From Longimicrobiales bacterium (lineage in GTDB: Bacteria; Gemmatimonadota; Gemmatimonadetes; Longimicrobiales; Gaopeijiaceae): a stretch of DNA of 64,000 nt. Under the pieces are notes generated by a model. That model made no database searches. It was not told where the DNA came from and was given only the letters and a program-made list of their open reading frames with translations. The position numbers were made by a program, and so were the translations under genes. This document shows positions 39,230 through 49,065 of the stretch, in pieces. Position 1 is the first letter of the stretch; the number at the start of each line of letters is the position of its first letter. The stretch covers positions 608,001 to 672,000 of the forward strand of contig OZ242008.1 of the NCBI GenBank assembly GCA_965204735.1, written 5' to 3'.

Positions 39230-42200
39230 ATGGCCACCATTGATCGAGCCGCGCCCGCCCAGGCCGGCCTCCGCTCGCTCCGCCGAAAGCTGGGGCTGAC
39301 CCAGCGCGAACTGGCGGACCACCTCCGCGTCAGCCCGATCACCGTGCACCGCTGGGAAGCCGGGAAATCGCGGCCCCACGCCATGGCCCGCGAACGTCTG
39401 GAGGAGCTGGCCGAAGCGACGCGCGAAGCCGCACTTCGACCGCCGTCGCCCGGTGCTCCCGCCACGTCGCATCCCCTCGGCCCCGCTCCCGCGCCGCCCC
39501 TCGACTTCGCGGGCGCTCCGGAGGCGGTCTTGGCCGTCGTCTCGGCCTGGCGGCTCCTCCACGGCCACCAGTTCAACCCGGTGTTCGCCAGCGAGACCTC
39601 GCGGATCGATCCTCTGCCCCACCAGCGCATCGCCGTCTACGAACGGATGCTGACCCAGGACCCGCTCCGCTTCCTGCTGGCCGACGACGCCGGCGCCGGC
39701 AAGACGATCATGACCGGCCTGTACGTCCGCGAGATGCTGTCGCGGAGCCGCCTGCGGCGCGTGCTGGTGGTCCCGCCGGCCGGCTTGGTCGGCAACTGGG
39801 AACGGGAGCTCCGCACCCTCTTCCGGCTGGACTTCCGCATCGCGTCGGGAGCTGATCTGCGCCGCTCGGGGCCGACGCTGCGCGGAGCGGCCGACGCCTG
39901 GAGCGACCTGGTGATCGTCTCGCTCGACACGCTGGCGGGGGACCGGGCGTTCGGTGCGCTCAGGGAGGCGGGCCCTGCCGCCGCCTACGACCTCGTGGTC
40001 TTCGACGAAGCGCACAAGCTGGCCGCGACCGCCGACGACAGGCGCGTGCGCAAGACACGGCGCTACGAGCTGGCCGAGGCTCTGGCGGGCTGCGGACGCC
40101 CGGCCGAGCGCTTCGCCGGCCTGGAGTGGTCGGCTCGCCACCTGCTGTTGCTGACCGCGACGCCGCACATGGGCAAGGACTCCCCCTACCATCACCTGTG
40201 GCGCCTGCTGGACCACCGCGTGTTCTCGACACCGGAGGCCGTTCGCCGCTTCCCGCCCGCCGCCCGGAGCCGGCACTTCGTCCGCCGCACCAAGGAGGCG
40301 ATGGTCGACCTGCAGGGCCGGCCCCTCTATCCGCACCGGGCGTGCGACACCTTCAGCTACGACCTGACCCCCGGTCCCCACGGCGAACAAGCGCTCTACG
40401 ACGAGACCACGGACTACCTGCGCCTCACCTACAACCGGGCGCTCCGGAACCGCCCCGCCGTCCGCCTGGCGATGAGCGTCTTCCAGCGCCGGCTGGCCAG
40501 CTCCACCTACGCGCTGCTGCGTTCGTTCGAGCGCCGCATGGAGAAGCTGGAGCGCACCGCCGACGACCTCCGCGCAGGCCGCGTCTCCACCGACGAGCTG
40601 CTGCGCAGGCAGCAAGCGCTCGCCCGGACCCACGACGACGACTTCTTCGACTCCCACGCCGCCGACGAGGACGAGGGCGCGGACGGTCGCGAGCGGAGCG
40701 AGGAATACGAGGACGCGGTGCTGGGCGCGGTGGTGGCCGTGACCGTCGAGGAACTGATGCGCGAGAGCCAAGTCGTGGCCCGCCTTCGGGAGCGCGCCGG
40801 CCGGCTGCTGGAATCCGGGCGCGAGTCCAAGTTCGACAAGTTGCGCGAAGTGCTGGACGACCCGCGCCACGCCGGCGAAAAGTGGCTGATCTTCAGCGAG
40901 CACCGCGACACCGTGCGCTACTTGGTCCAGCGCCTGGAGGGGCTCGGCCACGCGGGCAAGGTGGCCCAGATCCACGGCGGCATGGCGTGGCCCGCCCGCG
41001 AAGAGCAGGTCGAACGCTTCCGACGTCCCGGGGGCGCGAGCTGCATGGTGGCTACCGACGCGGCGGGCGAGGGGATCAACCTTCAGTTCTGTCGCTTGAT
41101 GGTCAACTACGACATCCCCTGGAACCCGGCGCGCCTCGAACAGCGCATGGGCCGGATTCACCGATACGGCCAGAAGCACAACGTGCAGATCGTCAACCTC
41201 GTCGCCGGCAAGACGCACGAAGGCCGGGTGCTCCGCGTGCTGCTGGACAAGCTGGAGGCGATCCGCCGGGAGCTGGACTCGGACAAGGTGTTCGACGTGA
41301 TCGGCCAGCTCTTCGACAATCAGTCGCTGCGCTCGTACATGCTGGCGTCGCTGGAGGACGGGCGCGACGGGGCCGGAGCGGGCAAGGCCGCTGAGCGAGT
41401 GGCGAGTGCCCTGACGAGGGACCGCGTGCGGGCCGTGGGAGAGCGGGAGCGGCAGGCGTACGGAGACCCCGACGACTTGGCCGGGCGACTGGAGGGGTTG
41501 CGGGGCGACGTAAAGCGCGAACAGTACCTCCAGCTCCTGCCCGGCTACGTGCGCGGCTTCGTGGAGCGGGCCGCCCGGCTGCTGGACCTGGAAGTGCGCG
41601 GCGACTTGGACGGCTTCTTCGCCCTAGTGCCCCTTCGCGCCGGCGCCCTGGACCGGTTGCTTCCGGCGCTGGACGACTATCCCGAGGAGGCGCGGGACCG
41701 GCTGTGCGTTTGGCGTCCGAAGGTGGCGGCCACGGCCGGCGGCTCATCGAGTGCCCCCGCCGTGGCGAGCGCCCCTGCCGTCTGGCTCCACCCAGGCGAA
41801 CCGGTGTTCGACGCCCTGGCCGCCCAGGTACTGGACGCCTTCGGACGCGACGCGTTGCGAGGCGCCGTCTTCGCGGACCGACGCGCCGACGCCCCCTACC
41901 TGCTCCACTTGGCGCTGGCCACGGTGCAGGAGGAGCCGGAACCCGGCGCGCGGGCGGCGGGCGTGCCGCAGGTCCTGGAGCGCCAACTGCTGGCCCTGCG
42001 AGACGGCGGCGATACCGGCCCGACCGAGCATCCCGTCGAACGCTTTCTGGTGCTGAGCGGCACCGACATTGCGCCCGGTCAAGTGCCGCTGGCTGGCCGG
42101 AGCCTGTCGATGCGCGCCGAGGCGGTCGCCCACGCCGAGTCCCAGGTCGTGACCCGGCTCGTCGAGGACCGTCGCGACGCGGAACGGGCCGAGCTCCCCG

Positions 42201-42895
42201 AGCGCCGGCGGCAGGTCGCGACCGGCTTCGGCCTGCGGAGCGCGGAAGTGGCGCATCGTCGGAAGCGGCTGACCGAGGACGGCGGCGCGGAGGAGGATTT
42301 GGAGAAGGTGAAGGAGGAGCAGCGCGCCCTGGGCGTCGAGCGGCAGCGCGCGCTGGGAGGACTCGACGCCGCGCCGGAGCGGATCGTGTCCGGCGGCGTC
42401 CGCTTCCTGGCCCACGCCCTGGTGGTGCCCGCGGCCCAGTACGCCGTCGGCGACCTGGAAGCATACGACGCGCCCGTGGAGGAGGCGGCCGTCCGCGTGG
42501 CCGTCGCGTGGGAACGCGAGCGCGGAGGAGTCGTTCGCAACGTGTCGAAGCCTCGTCTGGCCCGCGCGGCAGGCTTCTCGGACTGGCCCGGCTTCGACTT
42601 GGTGTCCCGGCGTCCGGACGGGCAGCAGCGCCACATCGAGGTCAAGGGCCGCGCCGGCCGTGCTGGCGTGCAGATGGAGGAGAACGAGTGGAAGCAGGCG
42701 TGCCACCTGGGCGACCGGTACTGGTTGTACGTCGTGTTCGACTGCGCCACGCCCTCGCCTCGGCTGTTGAGAATTCGGAATCCATTCGGTACGTTCGTCG
42801 TAGGCCAGGCCGTGAACGCCCGCTACACGATCCCGGTCGGCGACATCTTGGAGGCGGGCGAAGAGGAGAGCGAGACATGGGAGCAATCCACGTAG
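39230..42895 (+). CDS. XRE-HTH + SNF2-family helicase + DUF3883 (PD-(D/E)xK-like) protein
   Basis: LRRKLGLTQRELADHLRVSPITVHRWEAGK HTH; LADDAGAGKT, FDEAHK, LTATPH, TDAAGEGINLQ, WNPARLEQRMGRIHRYGQ; C-terminal GFDLVS...IEVKGR...ENEW...YWLYVV. Confidence 0.92.
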   Translation: MATIDRAAPAQAGLRSLRRKLGLTQRELADHLRVSPITVHRWEAGKSRPHAMARERLEELAEATREAALRPPSPGAPATSHPLGPAPAPPLDFAGAPEAVLAVVSAWRLLHGHQFNPVFASETSRIDPLPHQRIAVYERMLTQDPLRFLLADDAGAGKTIMTGLYVREMLSRSRLRRVLVVPPAGLVGNWERELRTLFRLDFRIASGADLRRSGPTLRGAADAWSDLVIVSLDTLAGDRAFGALREAGPAAAYDLVVFDEAHKLAATADDRRVRKTRRYELAEALAGCGRPAERFAGLEWSARHLLLLTATPHMGKDSPYHHLWRLLDHRVFSTPEAVRRFPPAARSRHFVRRTKEAMVDLQGRPLYPHRACDTFSYDLTPGPHGEQALYDETTDYLRLTYNRALRNRPAVRLAMSVFQRRLASSTYALLRSFERRMEKLERTADDLRAGRVSTDELLRRQQALARTHDDDFFDSHAADEDEGADGRERSEEYEDAVLGAVVAVTVEELMRESQVVARLRERAGRLLESGRESKFDKLREVLDDPRHAGEKWLIFSEHRDTVRYLVQRLEGLGHAGKVAQIHGGMAWPAREEQVERFRRPGGASCMVATDAAGEGINLQFCRLMVNYDIPWNPARLEQRMGRIHRYGQKHNVQIVNLVAGKTHEGRVLRVLLDKLEAIRRELDSDKVFDVIGQLFDNQSLRSYMLASLEDGRDGAGAGKAAERVASALTRDRVRAVGERERQAYGDPDDLAGRLEGLRGDVKREQYLQLLPGYVRGFVERAARLLDLEVRGDLDGFFALVPLRAGALDRLLPALDDYPEEARDRLCVWRPKVAATAGGSSSAPAVASAPAVWLHPGEPVFDALAAQVLDAFGRDALRGAVFADRRADAPYLLHLALATVQEEPEPGARAAGVPQVLERQLLALRDGGDTGPTEHPVERFLVLSGTDIAPGQVPLAGRSLSMRAEAVAHAESQVVTRLVEDRRDAERAELPERRRQVATGFGLRSAEVAHRRKRLTEDGGAEEDLEKVKEEQRALGVERQRALGGLDAAPERIVSGGVRFLAHALVVPAAQYAVGDLEAYDAPVEEAAVRVAVAWERERGGVVRNVSKPRLARAAGFSDWPGFDLVSRRPDGQQRHIEVKGRAGRAGVQMEENEWKQACHLGDRYWLYVVFDCATPSPRLLRIRNPFGTFVVGQAVNARYTIPVGDILEAGEEESETWEQST

Positions 42896-43368
42896 ACGTC
42901 ACCTTGACCAACCCGGCCGATCGGTCGCGGAGCTGGACCGGCCCCATGCTGGTCGACACCGGGGCGACGGACTCGGTCGTGCCCAGGCCGATCCTTGGCA
43001 CTATCGGCGTAGTGCCCGAAAGCACGAGGACCTACGAGCTGGCCGATGGTGCCGAGGTCGAAATGGACATTGCGACAGCACGGATCGAGTTCATGGGCGA
43101 ACTGACGGCGGGGCTCGTGGTGTTCGGCGGGGCCGACGTGGAGCCCTTGCTCGGCGTCACGGCCCTGGAGTCGGTGGGCGTGGAGGTCGACCCGCGCAAC
43201 CAAAGGCTCACCAAGTTGTCGGCGGTCAGGCTGAAGGCGGCGCCAACTCCACCCAGGACCGGTGGCAAGACACCCAAGCCGCCGGGCCTTGTGAAGCCGG
43301 ATTACCGGCCCCCTCCACCGCCACCTTCGCCGACCAGCGTCAAGCCTTGCTTCGCCGATCAGGCCTAG
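42877..43368 (+). CDS. Clan AA (retropepsin-like, AF_0612-type) aspartic protease
   Basis: LVDTGAT catalytic motif, YELADG, PLLGVTALE; Pro-rich tail after RLK. Confidence 0.85.
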   Translation: MGAIHVDVTLTNPADRSRSWTGPMLVDTGATDSVVPRPILGTIGVVPESTRTYELADGAEVEMDIATARIEFMGELTAGLVVFGGADVEPLLGVTALESVGVEVDPRNQRLTKLSAVRLKAAPTPPRTGGKTPKPPGLVKPDYRPPPPPPSPTSVKPCFADQA

Positions 43369-43379
43369 TATAGAATACT
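43347..43379 (+). promoter_or_regulatory. Putative promoter of the dcm module with a palindrome over the -10
   Basis: TTGCTT-N18-TAGAAT; inverted repeat AGTAT-AGA-ATACT at 43367-43379. Confidence 0.4.
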
Positions 43380-43506
43380 GTATGCGTAGCCTACCCCTGC
43401 AGGGCTGCTGCCGAGCACGAGCCCGCCTTCCCCTCTGGGAGAGGTACCATCGGCACTGCCTTGCCTACCAGTCGGCTGCTACTCTCATGCCGCAAGGTAC
43501 GGTGCC

Positions 43507-44592
43507 ATGACCGCCCGGCCGTCTGGCTTCAAGGTATTCGACTTCTTCTCGGGATGCGGCGGGGCAAGTTGCGGGTTGCGTGCCGCCGGAATGGACGTGG
43601 TGTTCGCACTCGACAGCGATACCGATGCCGCGGCCACTTATCACGCCAACTTCCGCACCACCGAAGTCAGACACGGAGATATCCGTCGGTTGCCATTAGC
43701 CGACTTGTCTGCACTTGTCGAGCGCATGCGTCCAAGCCCTGTCGTCTTCTGCGGTTGTCCTCCATGTCAGCCCTTTACGTCGCAGAACACGTCGCGTCCG
43801 AGCGACGATGCCCGTACTACTCTACTCCTCGACTTCGGTAGGTTGGTCAAGGCATGTCGTCCAGACATCGTGTTCGTCGAAAATGTTCCCGGCCTTCAAT
43901 CTTCTGTTGCCGACCGGAGTCCGCTAGCCCGTTTTTTGGCCGCCCTACGCTCGGCTGGCTACCACTACCGCCATAAGATCGTGCCCGTAATGAAATACGG
44001 CATCCCCCAAACCCGTCGTCGCTTTCTCCTGTTGGCTAGTCGGCGTGGGCCCATCGACCTGCCGCCATACACGAACGGACCCGGCACGGCCACACCACGC
44101 TACGCGACTGTCCGAGATGCGATTGCCGACCTCCCCGAGATAGCCGCTGGCGAAGAGCATCCAGATGTCCCCAACCATCGGGCAGCGCGACTCTCCGCCC
44201 TAAACCTCCAGAGAATCCGCTCGACCCCCGAGGGTTCTGGCCACCGTGCTTGGCCCAGCCACTTGAGGTTGCCATGCCATGCCAGGACATCCGGGTACAC
44301 TGATGTCTATGGTCGTCTCGCTTGGGACCGCCCTGCCTCCGGCCTTACGACCAAGTGCATCAGCTATTCGAACGGTCGTTTCGGGCATCCAACGCAACAC
44401 CGGGCAATAAGCATTCGCGAAGCCGCCTGCCTTCAGACCTTTCCACGGACTTTCGTGTTCCGGGGATCCATGGGCTCAATCGCTCGCCAGATCGGCAATG
44501 CGGTCCCAGTCAGAGTAGCTAGACTCATCGGCCAACATGTCTCGAAACACATCCAGCAGCACTCCACAGCAACGGATCATGGCCACCTTTAG
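43507..44592 (+). CDS. dcm: DNA (cytosine-5) methyltransferase
   Basis: FDFFSGCGG (I), GCPPCQPF (IV), ENVPG (VI), QTRRR (VIII), RAISIREAACLQTFP (IX), QIGNAVP (X). Confidence 0.95.
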   Translation: MTARPSGFKVFDFFSGCGGASCGLRAAGMDVVFALDSDTDAAATYHANFRTTEVRHGDIRRLPLADLSALVERMRPSPVVFCGCPPCQPFTSQNTSRPSDDARTTLLLDFGRLVKACRPDIVFVENVPGLQSSVADRSPLARFLAALRSAGYHYRHKIVPVMKYGIPQTRRRFLLLASRRGPIDLPPYTNGPGTATPRYATVRDAIADLPEIAAGEEHPDVPNHRAARLSALNLQRIRSTPEGSGHRAWPSHLRLPCHARTSGYTDVYGRLAWDRPASGLTTKCISYSNGRFGHPTQHRAISIREAACLQTFPRTFVFRGSMGSIARQIGNAVPVRVARLIGQHVSKHIQQHSTATDHGHL

Positions 44593-47536
44593 CGCACGGG
44601 CAAGAACGCTGGCGATGCTAGGTCGCCAGCAAATCGCGGGCATTCCAACCGCTATCAGCGAACTCTTCAAGAACGCGCATGATGCATACGCCACAACAGT
44701 AGAGGTCGACTACTATCGATCAGACGGTCTCTTGGTGCTGCGGGACGACGGTACGGGCATGGAGCCCGAGGACTTCCCGCGGCACTGGCTGACACTCGGC
44801 ACCGACAGCAAGACCGGCCCGACACCCGCCCGCCCGCGCCCGCCAGGCTTCGACAAGCGGCCTATGCTCGGCGAGAAGGGCATTGGCCGCCTGTCCATTG
44901 CCGCGATAGGTCCACAAGTCCTTGTAATGACCCGCGCATGGAGGCCTCATGGCGCATCGGACCTAACCGTCGCTTTCATCAACTGGTCCGTCTTTGAATG
45001 GCCTGCCGTCACGTTGCACGACATTGACGTACCCATTCGCGTTATTGAAAATGGCGACCTCCCTACAAGCCGTGATGTCGACAACATGGTCGCCGATTTC
45101 AGGGAGAATGGCCGCCGCCTTCGAGACCGAGTGGCCCCAGACCTAATCGACGATCTCAACCGACAGCTGAGTGATTTCCGCGTGGATCCTTTAGAGATCG
45201 ACTCGTATCACCCGCAGCTTTCGTTGCGCGGCACTGGCTCCGGTACCCATTTCGTTCTGTTGCCAACATCGCCTCTTCTCCCGGAGGATATTGACGGTGT
45301 TACACGGACTGATAGCTCACGTGGTGCCGCGCCGACGGCCACGCCTTTGCAGAAGGCACTTTTGGGGTTTGCGAATACGATGACCCCAAGTGCCCCGGCT
45401 ACTGTTATCCGGACGGCCTTTCGTGATCACCGGACCGACGACTATTTTGACGACCTTGTGTCTGACGGTGAGTTCTTCTCGGTGGACGACTTTCGCAACG
45501 CAGATCACCAGTTCGCTGGCGAATTCGACAACTTCGGGCAGTTCACTGGAGATATCCACATATATGGAGAACGCATCGACCGTCACGTCATACCCTGGCG
45601 GAATCCCCGAGGCCAGCCAACTAGATGTGGGCCGTTTCGGATCGGGTTTGCGGCCGTAGAGCGTCGCGAAGCCAACTCGACGCTTCCCGCCGAAGAATAT
45701 GCCCGGATGACCCAGAAGTTGGACAAGCTCGGTGGACTATACATCTATCGTGATGGAATTCGCATCCAGCCCTATGGCAACACGACCTACGACTGGCTTG
45801 ATATCGAGTACCGACGTACGAAGGGGGCTAGGCACTACTATTTCTCCCACAGGAAGATGTTTGGCGCGGTTGAGTTGACTCACCGAGACAACGACGCACT
45901 CAAAGAGAAGGCCGGACGCGAGGGCTTCATGGAGAACGCGGCCTTTAGGGAATTCAAAGACATCCTGACGTCGTTCCTACTACAAGTAGCCGCCAATTTT
46001 TTCCGGACCAAGGGCATACACGCCGACATCCATGCGGAACGGCGCCAAGAGCTCTCTGCTACACATGGTGCTCAGCAGCGCCGCATGCGCCAGGTCCGGG
46101 TGCAGCGGCAGAAACTGAGTGCCGATCTAGACGCCTTCTTCGTAGCCGTTGCCGGTGACACACCCACTGCCCAGATCGAGGCGGTTGCGACTAGGTTTGA
46201 GAGCGAACTCCAGCAGCTTGAATCGCCACATCCTTCCCGTGAACGGACAGCTGCGGTGCAAAGGCTTGAGGCAAAAGTGACCGCTGAGTTGCGCGATATC
46301 CAAGCTTGCTACCGCGTCACTCGACCGCGCATATCCCTTACGAAAACTGCACGGGCGGACTGGGAACGCTATCGCTCGAAGTACATTGACCTGTCTGCCA
46401 CGGTGTTCGATCCGGCGCGGCAGTTAGTCGCAAGCCTTGTCGATGATGCGCTTGGTTCTTCGGACCGTCAGCGTAGAGTCCGAGCAGAGACGACCTTGGA
46501 GAACTTGTCCAGCGAGGTCTTCAGGCTGGTTCATGCCCGACGCCGCACTGTGATCAGGAAGGCCGACACTGTGCTTTCTGACATACGTCATGAGGCAAAG
46601 GCATGCGCGAAGGCGCTTGTAAACGACGTCCTGCAGATGCAGGCAGACTTCTATCGCACCGATCTGTCCGAGTCCACTGCCGCTGATTTCATTATAGCGC
46701 TGGCAAAGGCAGAGACGGAGATTGCGAAAGCCGGGGACTCAGCCAGCGACCTTCTGCAGCACATAGAACTGCAATTGGATGCGATGACCGTCAGTGGCGA
46801 GGATTCGTTGCTGGAACAACTTGTCGCCGTGGAACAGCGCAACCAGACTCTCGAGGAGCAGCTGGGGATGGACGTGCACTTAACACAACTGGGCATGGCG
46901 ATTGAGATCATCAACCATGAATTCGGATCTACGGTGCGGACGTTACGAAATAGTCTACGTCAGCTAAAAGGGTGGGCTGACACCAACCCAGAGCTGCGAA
47001 TACTGTACAGTAGCATTCGTATGAGCTTCGACCACCTTGACGGGTACTTGAAGATGTTTACCCCACTACAGAGAAGACTCTATCGGACTCGTGTTAGCAT
47101 CAAAGGCACCGAGATCGCCGCTTTCCTAAGGGACCTGTTTCGTGCGCGACTAGACAGGCACGAAATCGTTCTGCGTTGCACAAGGGCGTTTTTGGCTGTG
47201 ACGATTCAGAGCTTTCCGTCGTCTTTCTATCCTGTGTTTGTCAACGTTGTGGATAACGCAATTTACTGGCTGTCGATTGGGCTGCAGGAAGAGCCTCGTC
47301 GCATAATTCTTGATGCGGATGGAGATCGGTTGCTGGTGGCCGATAATGGTCCCGGTGTCACTACACAAGACCAGGATTACATATTCGACTTCGGCTACAC
47401 TCGAAAGCCGGGCGGCAGGGGCATGGGGCTCCATATCGCCAGAGAGACGTTGCGCCAGGTCGGCTACAAGATCGACCTACTGGCCACTCCTAGCGATACA
47501 GGGGCCACATTTGCTGTGGAGCCAGTACATGAGTGA
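44579..47536 (+). CDS. MORC/MutL-type GHKL ATPase fused through a coiled coil to a histidine-kinase module
   Basis: N-terminal ELFKNAHDA, DDGTGM, GEKGIGR and S5-like YRDGIRI/EKAGREG; C-terminal IINHEF (H-box), VDNAIYW (N-box), DNGPG (G1), FGYTRKPGGRGMGL (F/G2). Confidence 0.88.
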   Translation: MATFSARARTLAMLGRQQIAGIPTAISELFKNAHDAYATTVEVDYYRSDGLLVLRDDGTGMEPEDFPRHWLTLGTDSKTGPTPARPRPPGFDKRPMLGEKGIGRLSIAAIGPQVLVMTRAWRPHGASDLTVAFINWSVFEWPAVTLHDIDVPIRVIENGDLPTSRDVDNMVADFRENGRRLRDRVAPDLIDDLNRQLSDFRVDPLEIDSYHPQLSLRGTGSGTHFVLLPTSPLLPEDIDGVTRTDSSRGAAPTATPLQKALLGFANTMTPSAPATVIRTAFRDHRTDDYFDDLVSDGEFFSVDDFRNADHQFAGEFDNFGQFTGDIHIYGERIDRHVIPWRNPRGQPTRCGPFRIGFAAVERREANSTLPAEEYARMTQKLDKLGGLYIYRDGIRIQPYGNTTYDWLDIEYRRTKGARHYYFSHRKMFGAVELTHRDNDALKEKAGREGFMENAAFREFKDILTSFLLQVAANFFRTKGIHADIHAERRQELSATHGAQQRRMRQVRVQRQKLSADLDAFFVAVAGDTPTAQIEAVATRFESELQQLESPHPSRERTAAVQRLEAKVTAELRDIQACYRVTRPRISLTKTARADWERYRSKYIDLSATVFDPARQLVASLVDDALGSSDRQRRVRAETTLENLSSEVFRLVHARRRTVIRKADTVLSDIRHEAKACAKALVNDVLQMQADFYRTDLSESTAADFIIALAKAETEIAKAGDSASDLLQHIELQLDAMTVSGEDSLLEQLVAVEQRNQTLEEQLGMDVHLTQLGMAIEIINHEFGSTVRTLRNSLRQLKGWADTNPELRILYSSIRMSFDHLDGYLKMFTPLQRRLYRTRVSIKGTEIAAFLRDLFRARLDRHEIVLRCTRAFLAVTIQSFPSSFYPVFVNVVDNAIYWLSIGLQEEPRRIILDADGDRLLVADNGPGVTTQDQDYIFDFGYTRKPGGRGMGLHIARETLRQVGYKIDLLATPSDTGATFAVEPVHE

Positions 47537-49064
47537 ATTCCATGAGCGCTTTCGACACATCGCGACGGAGTTTCTGCGTACGGCCGTAGTGCTTGACGAC
47601 AGGGCGTATGGAGGTTCGGGGGCCACCGGCGGAGTATTGCAACGGCCTCCCACCAGACGGTCGTATAGATCAGAGCGTGTGGAGCTTACGGACGGTAGGC
47701 CCTCACACGATCTGAATTCGGCGGAGCTGGTCCAAGGCTTCGCGCGACACGGTATATTATGTGGTGTGTTGGATAGCGTGAGTGGTGCCGAGGCATTGGA
47801 CAAGCTAGTCGACCGTGCCGACATTGTGGTGCTTGACTGGCAGATTTTCGGTGACGAAGGGGCATTTGCTCTTGAACGGATACACCGTTTGGCCGTTGAC
47901 CAGCATCGGTTGCGGATCGTAGCGGTATACACCGGAGAGGCAGACCTCGACACGATTCGCGAACGAATTGGCGGATCCGAAGTTGCGGGTGGACGGCGCT
48001 GGGAGGATTCGGCGTCGGGGATGTTGCGGTGTGGCAGCTGCTACGTCGCATTGTATTGCAAGGAAGGCGCAAATCCGCAACCCGGTTTCAGAGATCGTGT
48101 CGTTCACGAAGGCGAGCTAGCCGAAAGTGTGGTGAACGACTTTGTCGCGGTTGCGGCTGGACTGGTGCCGGCAGTGGCCTTGACGGCCCTTACTTCAGTT
48201 CGGGACAATGCCTATCGGCTGCTAAATCGGTTTGGGAGTTTCCTGGACCCCGCGTTTTTGTGTCATCGAGCCTGCCTGCCAGCTCCCGATGACGCGGAGA
48301 CGTTTATCGTAAGTAAGGTGGCCGGAGAAGTAGAGGAGATCATGACAGATTCAGTTGCTGCGCGGCGTCCTGCTGGACTTGAGGCTATTTCGACTTGGTT
48401 GGAAGCTAGGAAGCTGAGCGGCGACGCTCGAAAGGAGCTGCAGAGGCTTCTGACATCTGACAGTGACAGGACGGCTCAGTTTTCCTCGCCGGAATTGCGT
48501 GGAAAGGGGCTCAGGAAGCTGCATAGATGGTTCACGGGCATACTGGCTGGCGATGCAGCGAGTGATGTAGACCTCGCATTTGCATGGATTGCGAGTCATC
48601 GGGTCGTTGTTGGTCAAGAGCCCAAGAGATTGCAGCTTGGCACGATAGTGCGGCGGAGACAACGGGGGGTTGAGGAATTCTATGTTTGTATTCGCCCCAG
48701 GTGTGACAGCGTACGACTGACGGGCCTCACGCCATTCTTGTTCTTGGCGTTGACCGAGGGCAACGGAGGCAAGGGCGTCGCGACGCTCGTGGTCAAGAGT
48801 AGTGACGGCTTTGTTAGGAAGACGGTCAAGAGCACACCTTTTGTACAAGAGTTCGCGCCGCTTGGTGACAACGGCGTCGTGGTGACACAAGTAGGCGAAT
48901 CGGAGAACCATTATTATGTTGACTGTGATGGAACCGAGTTCGACTGGATGGGCGAGCTCAGGCAGGAGTTTGCGCAACGGATCGTCCAACGGTACGGTAG
49001 TCACTTGGGGCGAGTGGCGGTCGAAGACACAGAGTGGTTGCGCAGAATCGCGGGGGACGGATGA
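47529..49064 (+). CDS. Atypical response-regulator receiver protein with a long uncharacterised C-terminal region
   Basis: AVVLDD, ADIVVLDWQ (phospho-Asp), VAVYTGE; C-terminal LGTIV...CIRPRCDSVR...GELR; overlaps the kinase stop. Confidence 0.8.
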   Translation: MSEFHERFRHIATEFLRTAVVLDDRAYGGSGATGGVLQRPPTRRSYRSERVELTDGRPSHDLNSAELVQGFARHGILCGVLDSVSGAEALDKLVDRADIVVLDWQIFGDEGAFALERIHRLAVDQHRLRIVAVYTGEADLDTIRERIGGSEVAGGRRWEDSASGMLRCGSCYVALYCKEGANPQPGFRDRVVHEGELAESVVNDFVAVAAGLVPAVALTALTSVRDNAYRLLNRFGSFLDPAFLCHRACLPAPDDAETFIVSKVAGEVEEIMTDSVAARRPAGLEAISTWLEARKLSGDARKELQRLLTSDSDRTAQFSSPELRGKGLRKLHRWFTGILAGDAASDVDLAFAWIASHRVVVGQEPKRLQLGTIVRRRQRGVEEFYVCIRPRCDSVRLTGLTPFLFLALTEGNGGKGVATLVVKSSDGFVRKTVKSTPFVQEFAPLGDNGVVVTQVGESENHYYVDCDGTEFDWMGELRQEFAQRIVQRYGSHLGRVAVEDTEWLRRIAGDG

Positions 49065-49065
49065 G

